DNA from: Mobula hypostoma | Taxonomy: Eukaryota | Length of the DNA: 64,000 nucleotides | NCBI RefSeq assembly: GCF_963921235.1 | Contig: NC_086108.1 | Span: forward strand, 106,022,001-106,086,000 | Direction: 5' to 3' | In this document: positions 10,871 to 23,759 of the stretch, one piece after another | How positions within the stretch are numbered: position 1 is the stretch's first letter | How the letters are laid out: the number at the start of each line of letters is the position of its first letter | Translations under genes and position numbers: made by a program | Notes under the pieces: model-generated | Databases searched by the model: none | The model's input: only the letters and a program-made list of their open reading frames with translations | Told to the model about the DNA's origin: nothing

Positions 10871-11764
10871 AATGTTTATTAAATTCCTGTCTTGTAATGT
10901 CCATGATAACTAGAGATATTCGGACAGCGTGAAGAAACCTTTGGTAGATGAGTTGCCAGAGACCACTGATGCAATGCAAGGCGTGGAGTTTGGTCCTCAC
11001 CACCTGCAGCCTGGTCGCTATTGGTAGACCTGTCTTCGATGGTGACAGTGGCTTGGGAGCTGTCACTCAGTGACAAACACTTGGTCTGACCTTTGAGTGA
11101 GGGCGGTTAGAAGCTGCAAGTGCTGGACAGCACCAAAGGAAGATTTTAAAGATAAAGATCAGCTTTATTTGTCACACATACATCTAAAGCGCAGTGCAAT
11201 GCATTGTCTGCATCAATGGCCAACACAGTCCAAGGGTGTCCTGCAGACACTACGTAAGTGTCGCCATAGTTCAGGCACCAACGTAGCATGCCTAACCTAC
11301 ATGTTTTTGGAATCTGGGAGGAAACTGGAGCACCACGTGGTCACAGAGAAAATGTGCAAACTCCTTACAGATAATTGAACCTCAGTCGGTGATTGCTGGC
11401 ACAGTAAAGCATTGCACAAACTGTGACGCTACTGTGCCATCCAGAACCATGGGATTATAGGGAAAACGAAATGGGATTAATGAAAGTGGATGGTTGATGG
11501 TCTGCATGGACTCAATGGGCCGAAGGGCATCTTCTAGTGCTGCAGCTCCCTACTTGACACACTTACACCAGTTCTACGCTCATCCTTACACTAAACCCGT
11601 CAGTTTCCTGATAAGAGACTTATAAGATTATGAGAGGCTTAGACCGAGAAGGCAGCCTGCACTCTTTTTTCCCCCTATGATCAAAACATCTATTACCAGA
11701 TGGAAAACAAATGGGTTAACGTTCACACAAGGTGTGTGCAGCAAGTTTTTACACAGTTACTGGT

Positions 11765-12135
11765 GGATGGGTGGCGAGGTGGAGACATGTTTCTACCAAA
11801 GGAAATGTAAGGCGCACCTTCCCTCTGGTAGCCTGCAGGTCACCCTTGGGCAAGGTGTACTTGCTTAGCCCTCTGATCAGGGTCATGTGAAGCCATGGGA
11901 GCAGGTGGTGGATGGTCGTATGAGCAGCTGATGCAGATCACAAGACCTGATTATGCCACCACTGACGCCAGGCAGACAATCTCTGGAGAGTGTTGATAAT
12001 GGCTGGAGTCACTTAGCTTGTAAAGACACTGCTCAGAAGAAGGCAATGGCAAACAAATTCCATATAAAATTTGCCAAAAACAATCATAGTCATGGAAAGA
12101 CCATTATCGCCTAGGACACAGCATACAATGAAGGT
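11765..12135 (+). mobile_element. Short RTE-related non-autonomous element inside a CR1 3' fragment
   Basis: 'agaagaaggcaatggcaaac' resembles the BovB/Bov-A-type motif; CR1-like sequence lies on both sides. Confidence 0.4.
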
Positions 12136-13391
12136 GATGAATTTTGGATGTCTGGAATGTGTTACCTGGGGAGGTGGTGGAGGTAAGTCTGATAGAGGTA
12201 TTCAATAGGCTCAGAAATGGAACAATATGGATATAGGCATTGTGTAACTGGTACGTCTTTGAAATGTGAGAGGAAACTGGGGCACCTGGAAGGAACCCAT
12301 GTGGTCACAGGGAGAATGTATAAACTTCTTACAGATCATGAGAGGCATAGATAGACAAACAGTATCTTTCCCACAAAGTGAAAATGTCTAATACCAGAGG
12401 GCATGCATTTGAAGTGAGGGGGGTAAAGTTCAAAGTAGATGTGTGGGCAAGTTCTTTACACAGCGAACGTTGGATGTCTGGAATACGTTGCCTGGGGTGT
12501 TGGCAGCAGGATTGAGCCCTGACTGCTGATCGCTGCTGTTGTAAAAGGTTTACACTAGTGGCTACGCTGCTGTCCGAAGGATTCCAAAACAATGTTAATA
12601 AAATTAGAGTTGCAAAATGTTGCAGAATACATTCCGCAGTTTCGGTGAACTTCCTTGAGTAAATCATCAACCAACTTCAAACAACGCAATAAAATGGCTG
12701 CTGTAATTGAACGGGGCTGGATTCACCCACATCTGGACATTATAATCAGTGTTCACTGCCTGCATTTCTTTGTGAAGGCATCCTTGCTTTCATCAGGGAA
12801 GGTTGCTGGAGTTTTAGTCACAAGCACAGTTTCCGGCAGTTAATCGAATCTAGGTTTCAGTAGAGTGTAGAGCGTAGAACATAAACCATAGACTAGTGCA
12901 GCAAAGGAACAGGACCTTCGTCCGACAATGCTGTGGCAAACCAACTAAATTAGTAATCAAGTGGCCAACTAAGCTAATCTCTTCTGCCTACACAATGTCT
13001 ATTTACTTCCATTTCCCTCACCTTCATGTGCCTATCTAAACGTCTCTTAAAAATCCCTGATGTAAAAGTCCCACCCCAGGCAGCGCACTTAAACGCTCTG
13101 TTTAAAAAAAAAACTTGACCCTCACATCTCCTTTGCAATTACCGCCTCTCACCTTAAGTGCATGCTCACTGGTATTAGACATTTGAACTCTTGGAAAAAG
13201 ATATCTCCTGAACTACTCTGTCTGTGCTTCTCATAATATTATAAATCTCTATTAGTTGAGCAAAGAACTTTATTTCTGGTTTGCTGTAAGTTTTTGCTCA
13301 TACTTCTAAAAAAATTCTGGTGATGCTGGGAACTTAAAAATGAAGTTATGATTGTTTGCTGTGATCCCTCTACAAATCCAACCCAGTCTCA

Positions 13392-13870
13392 AGTAAGGAA
13401 TGAAAGGGTTAACATATGAAGAGCATTTGATGGCTCTGGGCCTGTACTTGCTGGAGTTTAGAAGAATGAAAGGAATCTCATTGAAACCTATTGGAAATTA
13501 AAAGACCTAGATAAAGATGACATGGAGAGGATATTTTCTATAGTGTGGAGTCTAGGATCAGAATAGTGGGATGTCCTCAGAAAAGAGGGACATCCCTTTA
13601 GAACAGAGATAAGGAGGAATTTCTTTTAGCCAGAGGACTGTGAATCTGTGGAGTTCTTTGCCATAGACGGCTGTGGTGGCCAGTTCATTGGGTATATTTA
13701 AAGCAGAGGTTGATAGATCCGTGATTAGTCTGGGTATGAAGGGATACGGGGAGAAGGGAGGACATTATGGATGAGAGGGAATATGAATCAGCCATGATGA
13801 AATGGCAGGGCAGATTCAGTGGGCCAAGAGGCTTAAATCTGTTCCTATATCTATGGCCCTAAGGTCTTAT
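13392..13870 (+). mobile_element. CR1 3' fragment, decayed
   Basis: Similar to the RT C-terminus and tail of the CR1 at 19695-20170. Confidence 0.8.
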
Positions 13871-14329
13871 AAAATATTGAAACATGAGGAAATCTGCAGA
13901 TGCTGGAATTACAAGCAACACACATAAAAGTTGCTGGTGAACGCAGCAGGCCAGGCAGCATCTCTAGGAAGAGGTAAAATCGACGTTTTGGTCTGAGACC
14001 CTTCTATGGTGTTTTGGATGTATTTGATTGATTCTTGATTAGTAAGGGTGTCAAAGGGGGTCAGAGGCAGAAGAAAGGGCTGGAGAAAGGAATAAGCCAA
14101 CCATTATGAAATAGTAGAGCAGATGTGATGTGCCTAATGGTCTAATTCTGCTCCTATGTCTTATGGTCTTATAGCCTGATACTTTGGCTGATATTGTGCA
14201 TCAAGTGCTCATTTTGTAAAAAGAAAAGTTTGTATTTTATGTATCACAATCTAAAGTTTCTACTCAGTCTCATTTGGTTCACTGTCAGCAAAACTAGTGT
14301 GATTCTTCAGGAGTTATACCATAAATAAT

Positions 14330-14975
14330 GTACACATAATGGACGATCTAACCTGGACCCACAACACCTCCTCACTAATCATGAAGGCACAACAGCATCT
14401 ACGCTTTCTGCAGAGACTAAGGTGGGCAAAGCTCCCTACCCCCTTTCGAACTATTTTCTACAGTAGCACCATCGTGCGTACCCTGTCTGGCTGCATTATT
14501 CTGTGATACACAAGCTGCAAGGCATCAGACCTTAAGACCCGACAGATGACAGTAAAAGCCTCCAAGAGGAACGTTGGGTCTCCCTCCCCTCTATTTCTGA
14601 TATTCATTGGGAGTGTTGTATACGAAGAGCCCGAAGCAATGTTGAGAATCCCTACCACCCATCCCATGACTGTTGGGAAGGAGCTACAGGAGCATTAGGA
14701 CTGGGACTGCCAGACTTGGCAGCAGCTTCTTCCCTCAGGCTGTGAGACTAATGAACACCCAGCCACCACCGAGGTCTCATCACCAGGACTGCGAGCGGTA
14801 TACTGTACTACTTGCTCTTTACTGTCTACCTGTGCTATGCTTTACATTAAGCATTTTGAATTATATTTTATTTATTTATAGTATAATATTTTCTTTTATA
14901 CGCTGAGTGTGATATATGTTTTGCGGGTGCAGTGTGGTCTAATGGAACATAGTATACTTTGACTTGAACATTGAC
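14330..14975 (+). mobile_element. Rex1/Babar 3' fragment, different subfamily
   Basis: 'GRSYRSIRTGTARLGSSFFPQAVRLMN' C-terminal motif. Confidence 0.7.
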
Positions 14976-15097
14976 TTGAAATAAAATTCCAAGGATATGT
15001 TTTGTCATTTCTTAAGTGCAATCTTGAAGAAGGTCCCATTAACCACATGGCCAAGTCCTCAGCATGAACTAGCCACCATAGCAAGTTTCTGTTAATA

Positions 15098-16316
15098 TGA
15101 GGGGTGATTGATAAGTTTGTGGCCTAAGGTAGAAGGAGGTGAGTTATACAGCTCTTGTTATATGCAGTGTTAGCTGTGAGGAGGATGCAGGGTGACTTGG
15201 ATAGGTTGGGTGAGTGGGCAAATTCATGGCAGATGCAATTTAATGTGGATAAATGTGAGGTTATCTACTTTAGTGGCAAAAACAGGAAAACAGATTATTA
15301 TCTAAATGGTGGCCGATTAGGAAAAGGGGAGGTGCAACGAGACCTGGGTGTCATTATACACCAGTCATTGAAAGTGGGCATGCAGGTACAGCAGGCGGTG
15401 AAAAAGGCGAATGGTATACTGGCATTCATAGCAAGAGGATACGAGTACAGGAGCAGGGAGGTACTACTGCAGTTGTACAAGGCCTTGGAGAGACGACACC
15501 TAGAGTATTGTGTGCAGTTTTGGTCCCCTAATCTGAGGAAAGACATTCTTGCCATAGAGGGAGTACAAAGAAGGTTTACCAGATTGATTCCTGGGATGGC
15601 AGGACTTTCATATGATGAAAGACTGGATTGGCCAGGCTCATACTCTCTGGAATTTAGAAGATTGAGGGGGGATCTTATTGAACGTATAAAATCTTAAAGG
15701 GATTGGACAGGCTAGATGTAGGAAGATTGTTCCCGATGTTGGGGAAGTCCAGAATGAGGGGCCACAGTTTGAGGATAGAGGGGAAGCCTTTTAGGACCGA
15801 GATTAGGAAAAACTTCTTCACACAGAGAGTGGTGAATCTGTGGAATTCTCTGCCACAGGAAACAGTTGAGGCCAGTTCATTGGCTATATTTAAGACGGAG
15901 TTAGATAAGGCCCTTGTGGCTAAAGGGATCAGGGGATATGGAGAGAAGGCAGGTACAGGGTTCTGAGTTGGATGATCAGCCATGATCGTAATGAATGGCG
16001 GTGCAGGCTCGAAGGGATGAATGGCCTACTCCTGCACCTATTCTCTATGTTTCTATGTTTCACATGCAGTTCAACTCTTTGTGTGATTATGCAGGAACTT
16101 TGGTTAATAACTCATCTCCTTCTACCTTAGGCCACGAACTTAACAATCACCCCTGCTGTGGACCACTTCTTTAGATCCAAGATGCCGACTGCTGCAAAGA
16201 AGGGATGAGTATGCTCCATGACCGCTGGACTAAGTGTGTAAGTATAGGAAAAATAAATGTGCTAGGTTTTCTAAAATTGACTCCTTCTACCTTAGGCCAC
16301 GAACTTATCAATCACA
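15098..16316 (+). mobile_element. Mariner-type non-autonomous element (MITE) interrupted by CR1
   Basis: TA plus TIR 'tgaggggtgattgataagtttgtggcctaaggtagaaggag'; inverted copies at 16116-16154 and 16281-16315; remnant 'EGMSMLHDRWTKCV' resembles a mariner transposase C-terminus. Confidence 0.75.
15166..16060 (+). mobile_element. CR1 LINE, 5'-truncated, same young family as 35562-37733
   Basis: ORFs 15155-15697 and 15703-15966 are nearly identical to the 679-aa ORF; (TTTCTATG)n tail. Confidence 0.92.
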
Positions 16317-16459
16317 AGTAATAATATTGTAATATTCAGTTGGGCATCTTCATGAATGTTTCCCAATTAAGAACCAAAAACAGCAATTCAAGAACTCAGC
16401 AGGTCAGGCGGTATCCGTAGACAGATTACTATGATTGCATTAATATCCGCTGTACTAGC

Positions 16460-16750
16460 GGGGTGCCATGGTTAGTGCAACACCATTACAGCTCAGTGTG
16501 TTCCAGAGTTCAGAGTTCAATTTTGGTGCTGTCTGTAAGGTGTTTATATTTTATCCCCATGATTTCTCCCAGGTGCTCCAGTTTCCTCCCACAGTCCAAA
16601 GACGTACCGGTTAGTGGGGTGTTAGTCATTGTAAGTTGCTCTTTCACTGGGCTCATGTTAAATGGGTGGGTTGCTGGGTGGTGTGGCTCGTTGGCCCAGC
16701 AGGGCCTGTTCTGCTCTGTATCTCTAAATACAAGTAAATAAATAAATAAT
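16460..16750 (+). mobile_element. V-SINE-like SINE (HE1-like) with CR1-like tail
   Basis: V-domain-like 'ggtgctccagtttcctcccacagtccaaagacgt', tail 'ggcccagcagggcctgttctgctctgtatctcta' followed by (TAAA)n. Confidence 0.65.
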
Positions 16751-16789
16751 GTTCTTCCGCAGCGATTCATATGAGCAGTAACATGAAAA

Positions 16790-16921
16790 GGAAGAGATTC
16801 TGTAGATGCTGGAAATCAAGAGTAGCATACACAAAACGCTGGAGGAACTCAGCAGGTCAGACAGCACCTATGGAGAGGAATAAGGAGTCAAAGTTTGAGG
16901 CTGAGAGCCTTCCTCAGGACT
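16790..16921 (-). mobile_element. Penelope terminal-repeat arm; partner arm at ~29110-29220
   Basis: Same unit as 88-200; minus strand reads 'agtc ctgagga a ggctctcagcct caaa'. Confidence 0.7.
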
Positions 16922-17140
16922 AGTCAGAGTAGTGTTCTCAGCCCAGTGCATCACTGAAACATCCCTCCCTACCATCACAAGTATCTACAAGAGACACTGG
17001 CTCAAGAAGGTAATATTTTGAGACGTGACTGCTCTGAGGGGGCATATGTTTAAGGTGATTGGAGGAAAGTACAGGAGGATGTCAGCAGTAAGCTTTTTTA
17101 CAGAGAGTTGTAGGTGCGTGAAGTGCACTGCCCGGGGTGT

Positions 17141-19294
17141 TGTTGTGTATGTGGCCGTTTACATAACAATATCATTAATAAAAATGCTGGAGACTGGAGT
17201 TATGTTAACAGGGTTCTTTACGAACTGAAACCGAACTGAACACACACGTACAGATCAATACGCACCTAATGGCACATGCTCAATACAATGTATTACTACA
17301 ACATAAAGTAGTCCTATACTATACAGTAGGTTAGTGGTCGCCAACCGGTCGAACTTTGAGACTTTCCCAGTAGATCCCGAAAAAAAAGAAAAATAAATAC
17401 ACAAATACATTATGCCTGATAAACCTTTTGATGGAAAGCAAATTTTACCCCTAAAGTGCATGTGTGAGTCATATGTAGTAACTTCTACTTTGAAGAAGGA
17501 CCACTCGATAACTTCATGTCCAAAGGAACAACTTTATCTGGGACGGTAAAACCAATGCTGCAAAGGGGTTTATAAATATATGCGCAGAAAAAACCGGAAG
17601 CAAAACCCCGCAACCCCGGAAACAACCTCTGTTTACAAACAGCTTTCTGTAGTGGGAGTATTGCTATATTACCATTATCCTAATTGGTATTAACTTATCT
17701 TTATAATGCTCACATTAAAACATCATAATTCTAAATTTCATTATTTAATTTTATTTCAACCTGTAAAATAAATGAATGAAAACTGACTGTTGCACTCAGT
17801 GTAATGACTGGGGCTGAATACTTTCTGCTAGTTCCCTGAAATTTGGCTCATAACTACAGACAGCCAGTCTGAGACAGTCGGTGAGGTATCTGTCAATAAG
17901 ACAGTTCCTGTACTTAGATTTGATAATTTTCATCCGTGAAAATGCAATTTCACACAGGTAAGTTGACCCGAAGTAGGCACTGACTTCTAGTGCACATGTG
18001 GTGAGATGAGGAAACTTCTGCCTGCTGACAAGCCCACAAAAGTCACAGTCCCTTGATCTTGCATAAGCTCATTGTCATTTTGCAAATCAATTATTTCCAT
18101 TTCAATATCACTTGGCAAACCAAATACTTGCTGGAATTTGGCTGCTATCTGTTCTATATCGATCGGCAGAAATGGGTTTGAAATAAATGCAGCAATATCT
18201 TTCATGACATTTAACTCCCCAAAACGTTGATCGAACTCTATTGCCAGTTTGTCTTGGTAAGCACAGTACTGCTCAAGGCGAAAAGCATTCTTTTTCCTTG
18301 ATGGCCTGTAACAGTTTCTCCAAGTTGGGAAAGTGTGTCAGCCTCCCGTTCTTTAAATTTAAAACCCAAACACCGAGCTTGGCCTTAAACGCATATACTG
18401 TGCTTATCATGTGGGGCAGGTGTCGATCCTTTCCCATGAGCTCGTTGTTAAGTGCATTTATCTGACATGCATCATCTGACAGTTCCTCGTGCTCCTCATT
18501 TCTTTATCTCAGGCAGCAAGTTAACCAACCGTTGCAGCACAGCGCCCTTGCAAACCTTCTGACAGACTGAATATTCGAATGGACAGTTTCCTTTGTTAGA
18601 CAGAATGTTGAATCTGCCACATTTTTCAGGCATTTTGTATTGGTAAACTGTTACTGAGACACCAGTATAAGTTTCAGGGGTACGTAAGCTAATGACACCA
18701 CTGTTTTTTGTTTCCCAATTCTTTTATATTTGGGGAATGTTAGAATTTAAAGGGGGAGAAGTGTTGTTTTGTGAGCATTATAAAGATCAGTTAATACCAA
18801 CTAGGATAATGGTAATATAGCAATACTCCCGCTACGGAAAACTGTTTGTAAATGGAGGTTGTTTCCGGGGTTGCAGGGTTTTACTTCCGGTCTTTGCTAT
18901 GCATGTGTGTATAAACCCCTCCGCCGCTTTGGTTTTGCCGTCCCAGATGAAGTTGTTCCTTTGGACATGAAGTTATCGAGTGGTCCTTTTTCAAGGTAGA
19001 AGTGACTACAAAACGTATGAAGTATTGTAATATTCTTAAAGAAAGACAGCTATGGCCTGTTTAATATGCTAGTTACAATGTTTTCTTGGTTGAATTAATT
19101 TGAAAGTTTGACAATAGCATTTTATGTAAATCAAATACAATTAGCCCAAACAAAAGACCTCAACTTGGAAGTACAATCTGAGCTGTTTGTTTTCTGTACG
19201 ATTTATTAGGTCGATCTTGCCTTTCACTAAGGACGAGGTAGAGGATCTTGGGCTTAAAAAGGTTGGCGACCACTACAGAAGGCTATATGGTACA
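17141..19294 (-). repeat. Gypsy 3' LTR (17141-17331 plus 19284-19294), split by the hAT insertion
   Basis: Direct repeat of 28835-29037. Confidence 0.9.
17332..19275 (-). mobile_element. hAT (Charlie/SPIN-like) DNA transposon, internally deleted
   Basis: 15-bp TIR TAGTGGTCGCCAACC/GGTTGGCGACCACTA; 8-bp TSD cagtaggt/cagaaggc (empty site in the other LTR is cagtaggc); transposase C-terminal remnant 'FGSTYLCEIAFSRMKIIKSKYR' at ~17910-17975. Confidence 0.9.
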
Positions 19295-19694
19295 CTCCTC
19301 TGCTTTCATTTTAATAGTGTATCCACTGTTTTTTTTTACTGGGGCACTATGCGAAACAAATATATGTACCCTTAACATACAACACTTACCAATTGTTTAC
19401 TTAGTAACTTAATAATATCAAATTATAATAAAATAATGTAATAATAATAGTTATAATAATTAGAACTCAAGTCTCTGTGGGGTCTTCTCTGCCTCTCCAG
19501 GTAACATCTACCCCAAAACGTTTGCTTTGGGGAATTAGTCTCCACAGGTACATCAGGTGGGCCCTCAGCACTGATGACAGGCTTATCAGTGGATGAGGCT
19601 GATGTGGTCACATCAGGAGTGTTTGTTTCTATGTCCGAGGAGTCAGGGCAAGGTGTTGTGTTTTTCACCTGAGCATCCAGGATTTGATCCACAT

Positions 19695-22600
19695 AAGACC
19701 ATAAGACCATAAGACAAAGGAGCAGAAGTCGGCCATTCGGCCCATTGAGTCTGCTCCGCCATTTTATCATGAGCTGATCCATTCTCCCATTTAGTCCCAC
19801 TCCTCCGCCTTCTCACCATAACCCTTGATGCCCTGGCTACTCAGATATTTATCAATCTCTGCCTTAAAAACACCCAATGACTTGGCCTCCACTGCTGCCC
19901 GTGGCAACAAATTCCATAGATTCACCATCTTCTGACTAAAAATATTTCTTCGCATTTCTGTTCTGAATGGGTGCCCTTCAATCCTTAAGTCATGCCCTCT
20001 CGGACTAGACTCCCCCATCATGGGAAACAATTTTGCCATATCCACTCTGTCCATGCCTTTCAACATTCGAAATGTTTCTATGAGGTCTCCCCTCATTCTT
20101 CTAAACTCCAAGGAATACAGTCCAAGAGCGGACAAACGTTCCTCATGTGTTAACCCTCTCATTCCCAGAATCATTCTAGTGAATCTTCTCTGTACCTTCT
20201 CCAATGTCAGCACATCCTTTCTTAAATAAGGAGACCAAAACTGCCCACAATACTCCAAGTGAGGTCTCACCAGCACCTTATAGAGCCTCAACATCACATC
20301 CCTGCTCCTATACTCTATTCGTCTAGAAATGAATGCCAACATTGCATTCGCCTTCTTCACCACCGACTCAACCTGGAGGTTAATCTTAAGGGTATCCTGT
20401 ACGAGGACTCCCAAGTCCCGTTGCATCTCAGAACTTTGAATTCTTTCTCCATTTAAATAATAGACTGCCCATTTATTTCTTCTGCCAAAGTGGATAACCA
20501 TACACTTTCCAACATTGTATTTCATTTGCCACTTCTTTGCCCATTCTTCCAATCTATCCAAGTCTCTCTGCAGACTCTCCGTTTCCTCAGCACTACCGGC
20601 CCCTCCACCTATCTTCATATCGTCAGCAAACTTAATCACAAAGCCATCTATTTCATAATCCAAATCGTTGATGTAAAAAGAAGTGGCCCCAACACGAACC
20701 CGTGGAACACCACTGGTAACCAGCAGCGAACCAGAATAGGATCGCTTTATTCCCACTCTCTGTTTCCTGCCAATCAGCCAACGCCCTATCCATGTATGTA
20801 ACTTTTCCGTAATTCCATGGGCTCTTATCTTGTTAAGTAGCCTCATGTGTGGCACCTTGTCAAAGGCCTGCTGAAAATCCAAATATACAACATTTACTGC
20901 ATCTCCCTTGTCTAGCCTACTTGTAATTTCCTCAAAAAATTGTAATAGGTTTTTCAGGCAGGATTTTCCTTTAAGGAATCCATGCTGAGTTCTGCCTATC
21001 TTGTCATATGCCTCCAGGTACTCTGTAACCTCATCCTTGACAATCGATTCCAACAACTTCCCAACCACCGATATCAAGCTAACAGGTCTATAATTTCCTT
21101 TTTGCTTCCTTGCCCCCTTCTTAATTAGCAGAGTGACATTTGCAATCTTCCAGTCCTCCGAAACCATGCAAGAATCTATCAACTTCTGAAAGATCATCGC
21201 TAATGCCTCCGCAATCTCCACAGCTACTTCCTTCAGAACACGAGGGTGCATCCCATCTGGTCCGGGAGATTTATCTACCCTTAGACTATTCAGCTTCCTG
21301 AGTACTTTCTCTGTCGTAATTGTGACTGCGCAAACTTCACTTCCCTGCCACCCTTGTGTGTCCTGTATACTGCTGATGTCTTCCTCAGTGAAGACTGATG
21401 CAAAATACTCGTTCAGTTCCTCAGCCATCTCCTTATCTCCCATTACAATTTCTCCAGCATCATTTTCTATCGGTCCTATATCTACTCTCACCTGTCTTTT
21501 ACTCTTTATATACTTGAAAAAGCTTTTAGTATCCTCTTTGATATTATTTCCTTGCTTCCTTTCAGAGTTAATCTTTTCCCTCTTAATGACCTTCTTAGTT
21601 TCCTTTTGTAAGCTTTTAAAAAAGTTCCCAATCCTCTGTCTTCCCACTAATTTTTGCTTCCTTGTATGCCCTCTCCTTTGCTTTAACTTTGGCTTTGACT
21701 TCTCTTGTCAACCACAGTTGCATCCTTTTTCCATTCTAAAATTTCTTCTTTTTTGGAATATACCTGTCTTGCACCTTCCTCACTTCTCGCATAAACTCCA
21801 GCCACTGCTGCTCTGCCATCTTTCCCGCCAGTGTCCCTTTCCAGTCAACTTTGGCCAGTTCCTCTCTCATGCCACTGTAATTTCCTTTACTCCACTGAAA
21901 TACCGACACATCGGATTTCGGCTTCTCTTTTTCAAATTTCACAGTGAACTCAGTCATGTTATGATCACTGTCTCCTAAGGGTTCCTACACCTCAATCTCT
22001 CTAATCACCTCCGGTTCATTACACAATATCCAATCCAGTACAGCCGATCCCCTAGTGGGCTCAACAACAAGCTGTTCTAAAAAGCCATCTCTCAGACATT
22101 CTACAAATTCTCTCTTTAGATCCAGTGCCGACCTGATTTTCCCAATCCACTCGCATGTTAAAATCCCCCACAATTATCATAACATTGCCCTTCTGACAAG
22201 CCTTTTCTATTTCCTGTTGTAATTTGTAGTCCACATCCCTGCAGCTGTTTGGAGGCCTATAAATAACTGCCATTAGGGTCCTTTTACCCCTGCGATTTCT
22301 TAGCTCAACCCATAAAGATTCTGCACCTTCCGATCCTATATCACCTCTTTCTAACGATTTAATATCATTTCTTACTAATAAAGCCACGCCTCCCCCTCTG
22401 CCTACCTTCCTATCCTTCCGATACACTGTGTATCCTTGGACGTTCAGCTCCCAGAGACATGCATCCTTTAGCCATGTCTCAGTGATGGTCACAATATCAT
22501 ACCTGCCAATCTGTAGCTGTACGACAAGATCATCCACCTTATTCCTTATGCTGCGTGCATTTAAGTATAACACCTTAAGACCAGCATTTGGTACTTTTCG

Positions 22601-23680
22601 CTCTGATTTCACTGCAACTTTATTGCACTGCAACTCATCCCAATGGCTACAAATTTGCCCCATCACCTGCCTGTCTTTCCTGACATCTTTACTGCTCACT
22701 ATTTTAGATTTGTTTCTGTTTTCCCCGTCCTCCACTCTATCATTCCAGTTCCCATCCCCCTGCCAAATTAGTTTAAACCCTCCCTAACAGCTCTATTAAA
22801 CTTTCCCGCCAGGATATTGGTCCCCTTCGGGTTCAGGTGTAACCTGTCCATTTTGAACAGGTCATACTTCCCTCAGAAGAGATCCCAGTTATCCAAGAAT
22901 CTGAAGCCCTGCCCCTTGCACCAGACTCTCAGCCACGCATTCATCTGCCTGATCCTACTATTCTTGCCCTCGCTAGCACGTGGCACAGGTAGCAATCCCG
23001 AGATTACTACCCTGGAGGTCCTGCTTCTCAACTTCCTTCCTAACTCCCAGAAATCTCTCTTCAGGACCTCCTCCTTTGTCCTATCTATGTCATTGGTATC
23101 AACATGTACCAAGACAACTGGCTGCTCACCCTCCCCCTTCAGAGTATTCTGGACCCGATCCGAGACATCCCGTACCCTGGCACCTGGGAGGCAACACTCC
23201 ATGCGGGTATCTCTATCAGGCTCACAGAATCTCCTGTCTGTTCCCCTGACTATGGAATCCCCTATGACTACCGCATTCCTCTTCTCCCTCCTTCCCTCCT
23301 GCACAACAGCGCCAGGCTCAGTGTCAGAGACCCGGTCACCGTGAGCGTCCCCTGTCAGGTCAACCCCCTCAACAGCATCCAGAACAAGATACTTGTTGCT
23401 GAGGGGGACAGCCACAGGGGTGCTCTCCACTATCCGGGCATTTCCCTTCCCTCCCTTGACAGTGACCCAGTTTTCTGACCCCTGTAGCCTAGGGATGACT
23501 ACCTCCCTGTAGCTCCTGTCTATCACCTCTTCACTTTCCCTGATGAGCAGTAGGTCATCAAGCTGCAGCTCCAGATCCTTAACATGGTCTCTGAGGAGCT
23601 GCATCTCGGTGCACCTGGCGCAGTTGTGGCCATCAGGGAGGCTGGAGGTCTCCCAGGATTCCCACATCTGACACCCTGAC
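19695..23680 (-). mobile_element. Near full-length CR1 LINE inserted in the 3' end of Gypsy pol
   Basis: ORF1 plus frameshifted ORF2, tail (TCTTATGG)n at ~19695-19715. Confidence 0.95.
19791..22735 (-). pseudogene. CR1 ORF2 (APE endonuclease plus reverse transcriptase), frameshifted
   Basis: 'YLNARSIRNK', 'ITETWL', 'IYRPP', 'GDFN'; RT 'KSPGPDG', 'NYRPVSL', 'YLDFQQAFDKV', 'FADD'. Confidence 0.93.
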
Positions 23681-23682
23681 AT
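22873..23682 (-). pseudogene. CR1 ORF1 (Cys-rich/leucine-zipper region plus SGNH esterase-like domain)
   Basis: 'CARC..LQLDDL', 'VVIGDSIVRG', 'CLPGARV', 'VHVDTND'; esterase-type ORF1 is established for CR1. Confidence 0.85.
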
Positions 23683-23759
23683 GACATGCTTCTATGTTAT
23701 GGGAGTTCGGGCAAGATGTTGTTGAGTTTTTCACCTGAGCATCCAAGATTTGGTCCACA

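Noticed and set aside
10815..11100. Short ORFs in a unique-looking segment
   Set aside because: No recognisable domain and no convincing splice-site pair
21322..21978. 218-aa plus-strand ORF and similar ORFs (22817-23344, 36546-36950, 55370-55786)
   Set aside because: Antisense shadows of CR1 coding sequence
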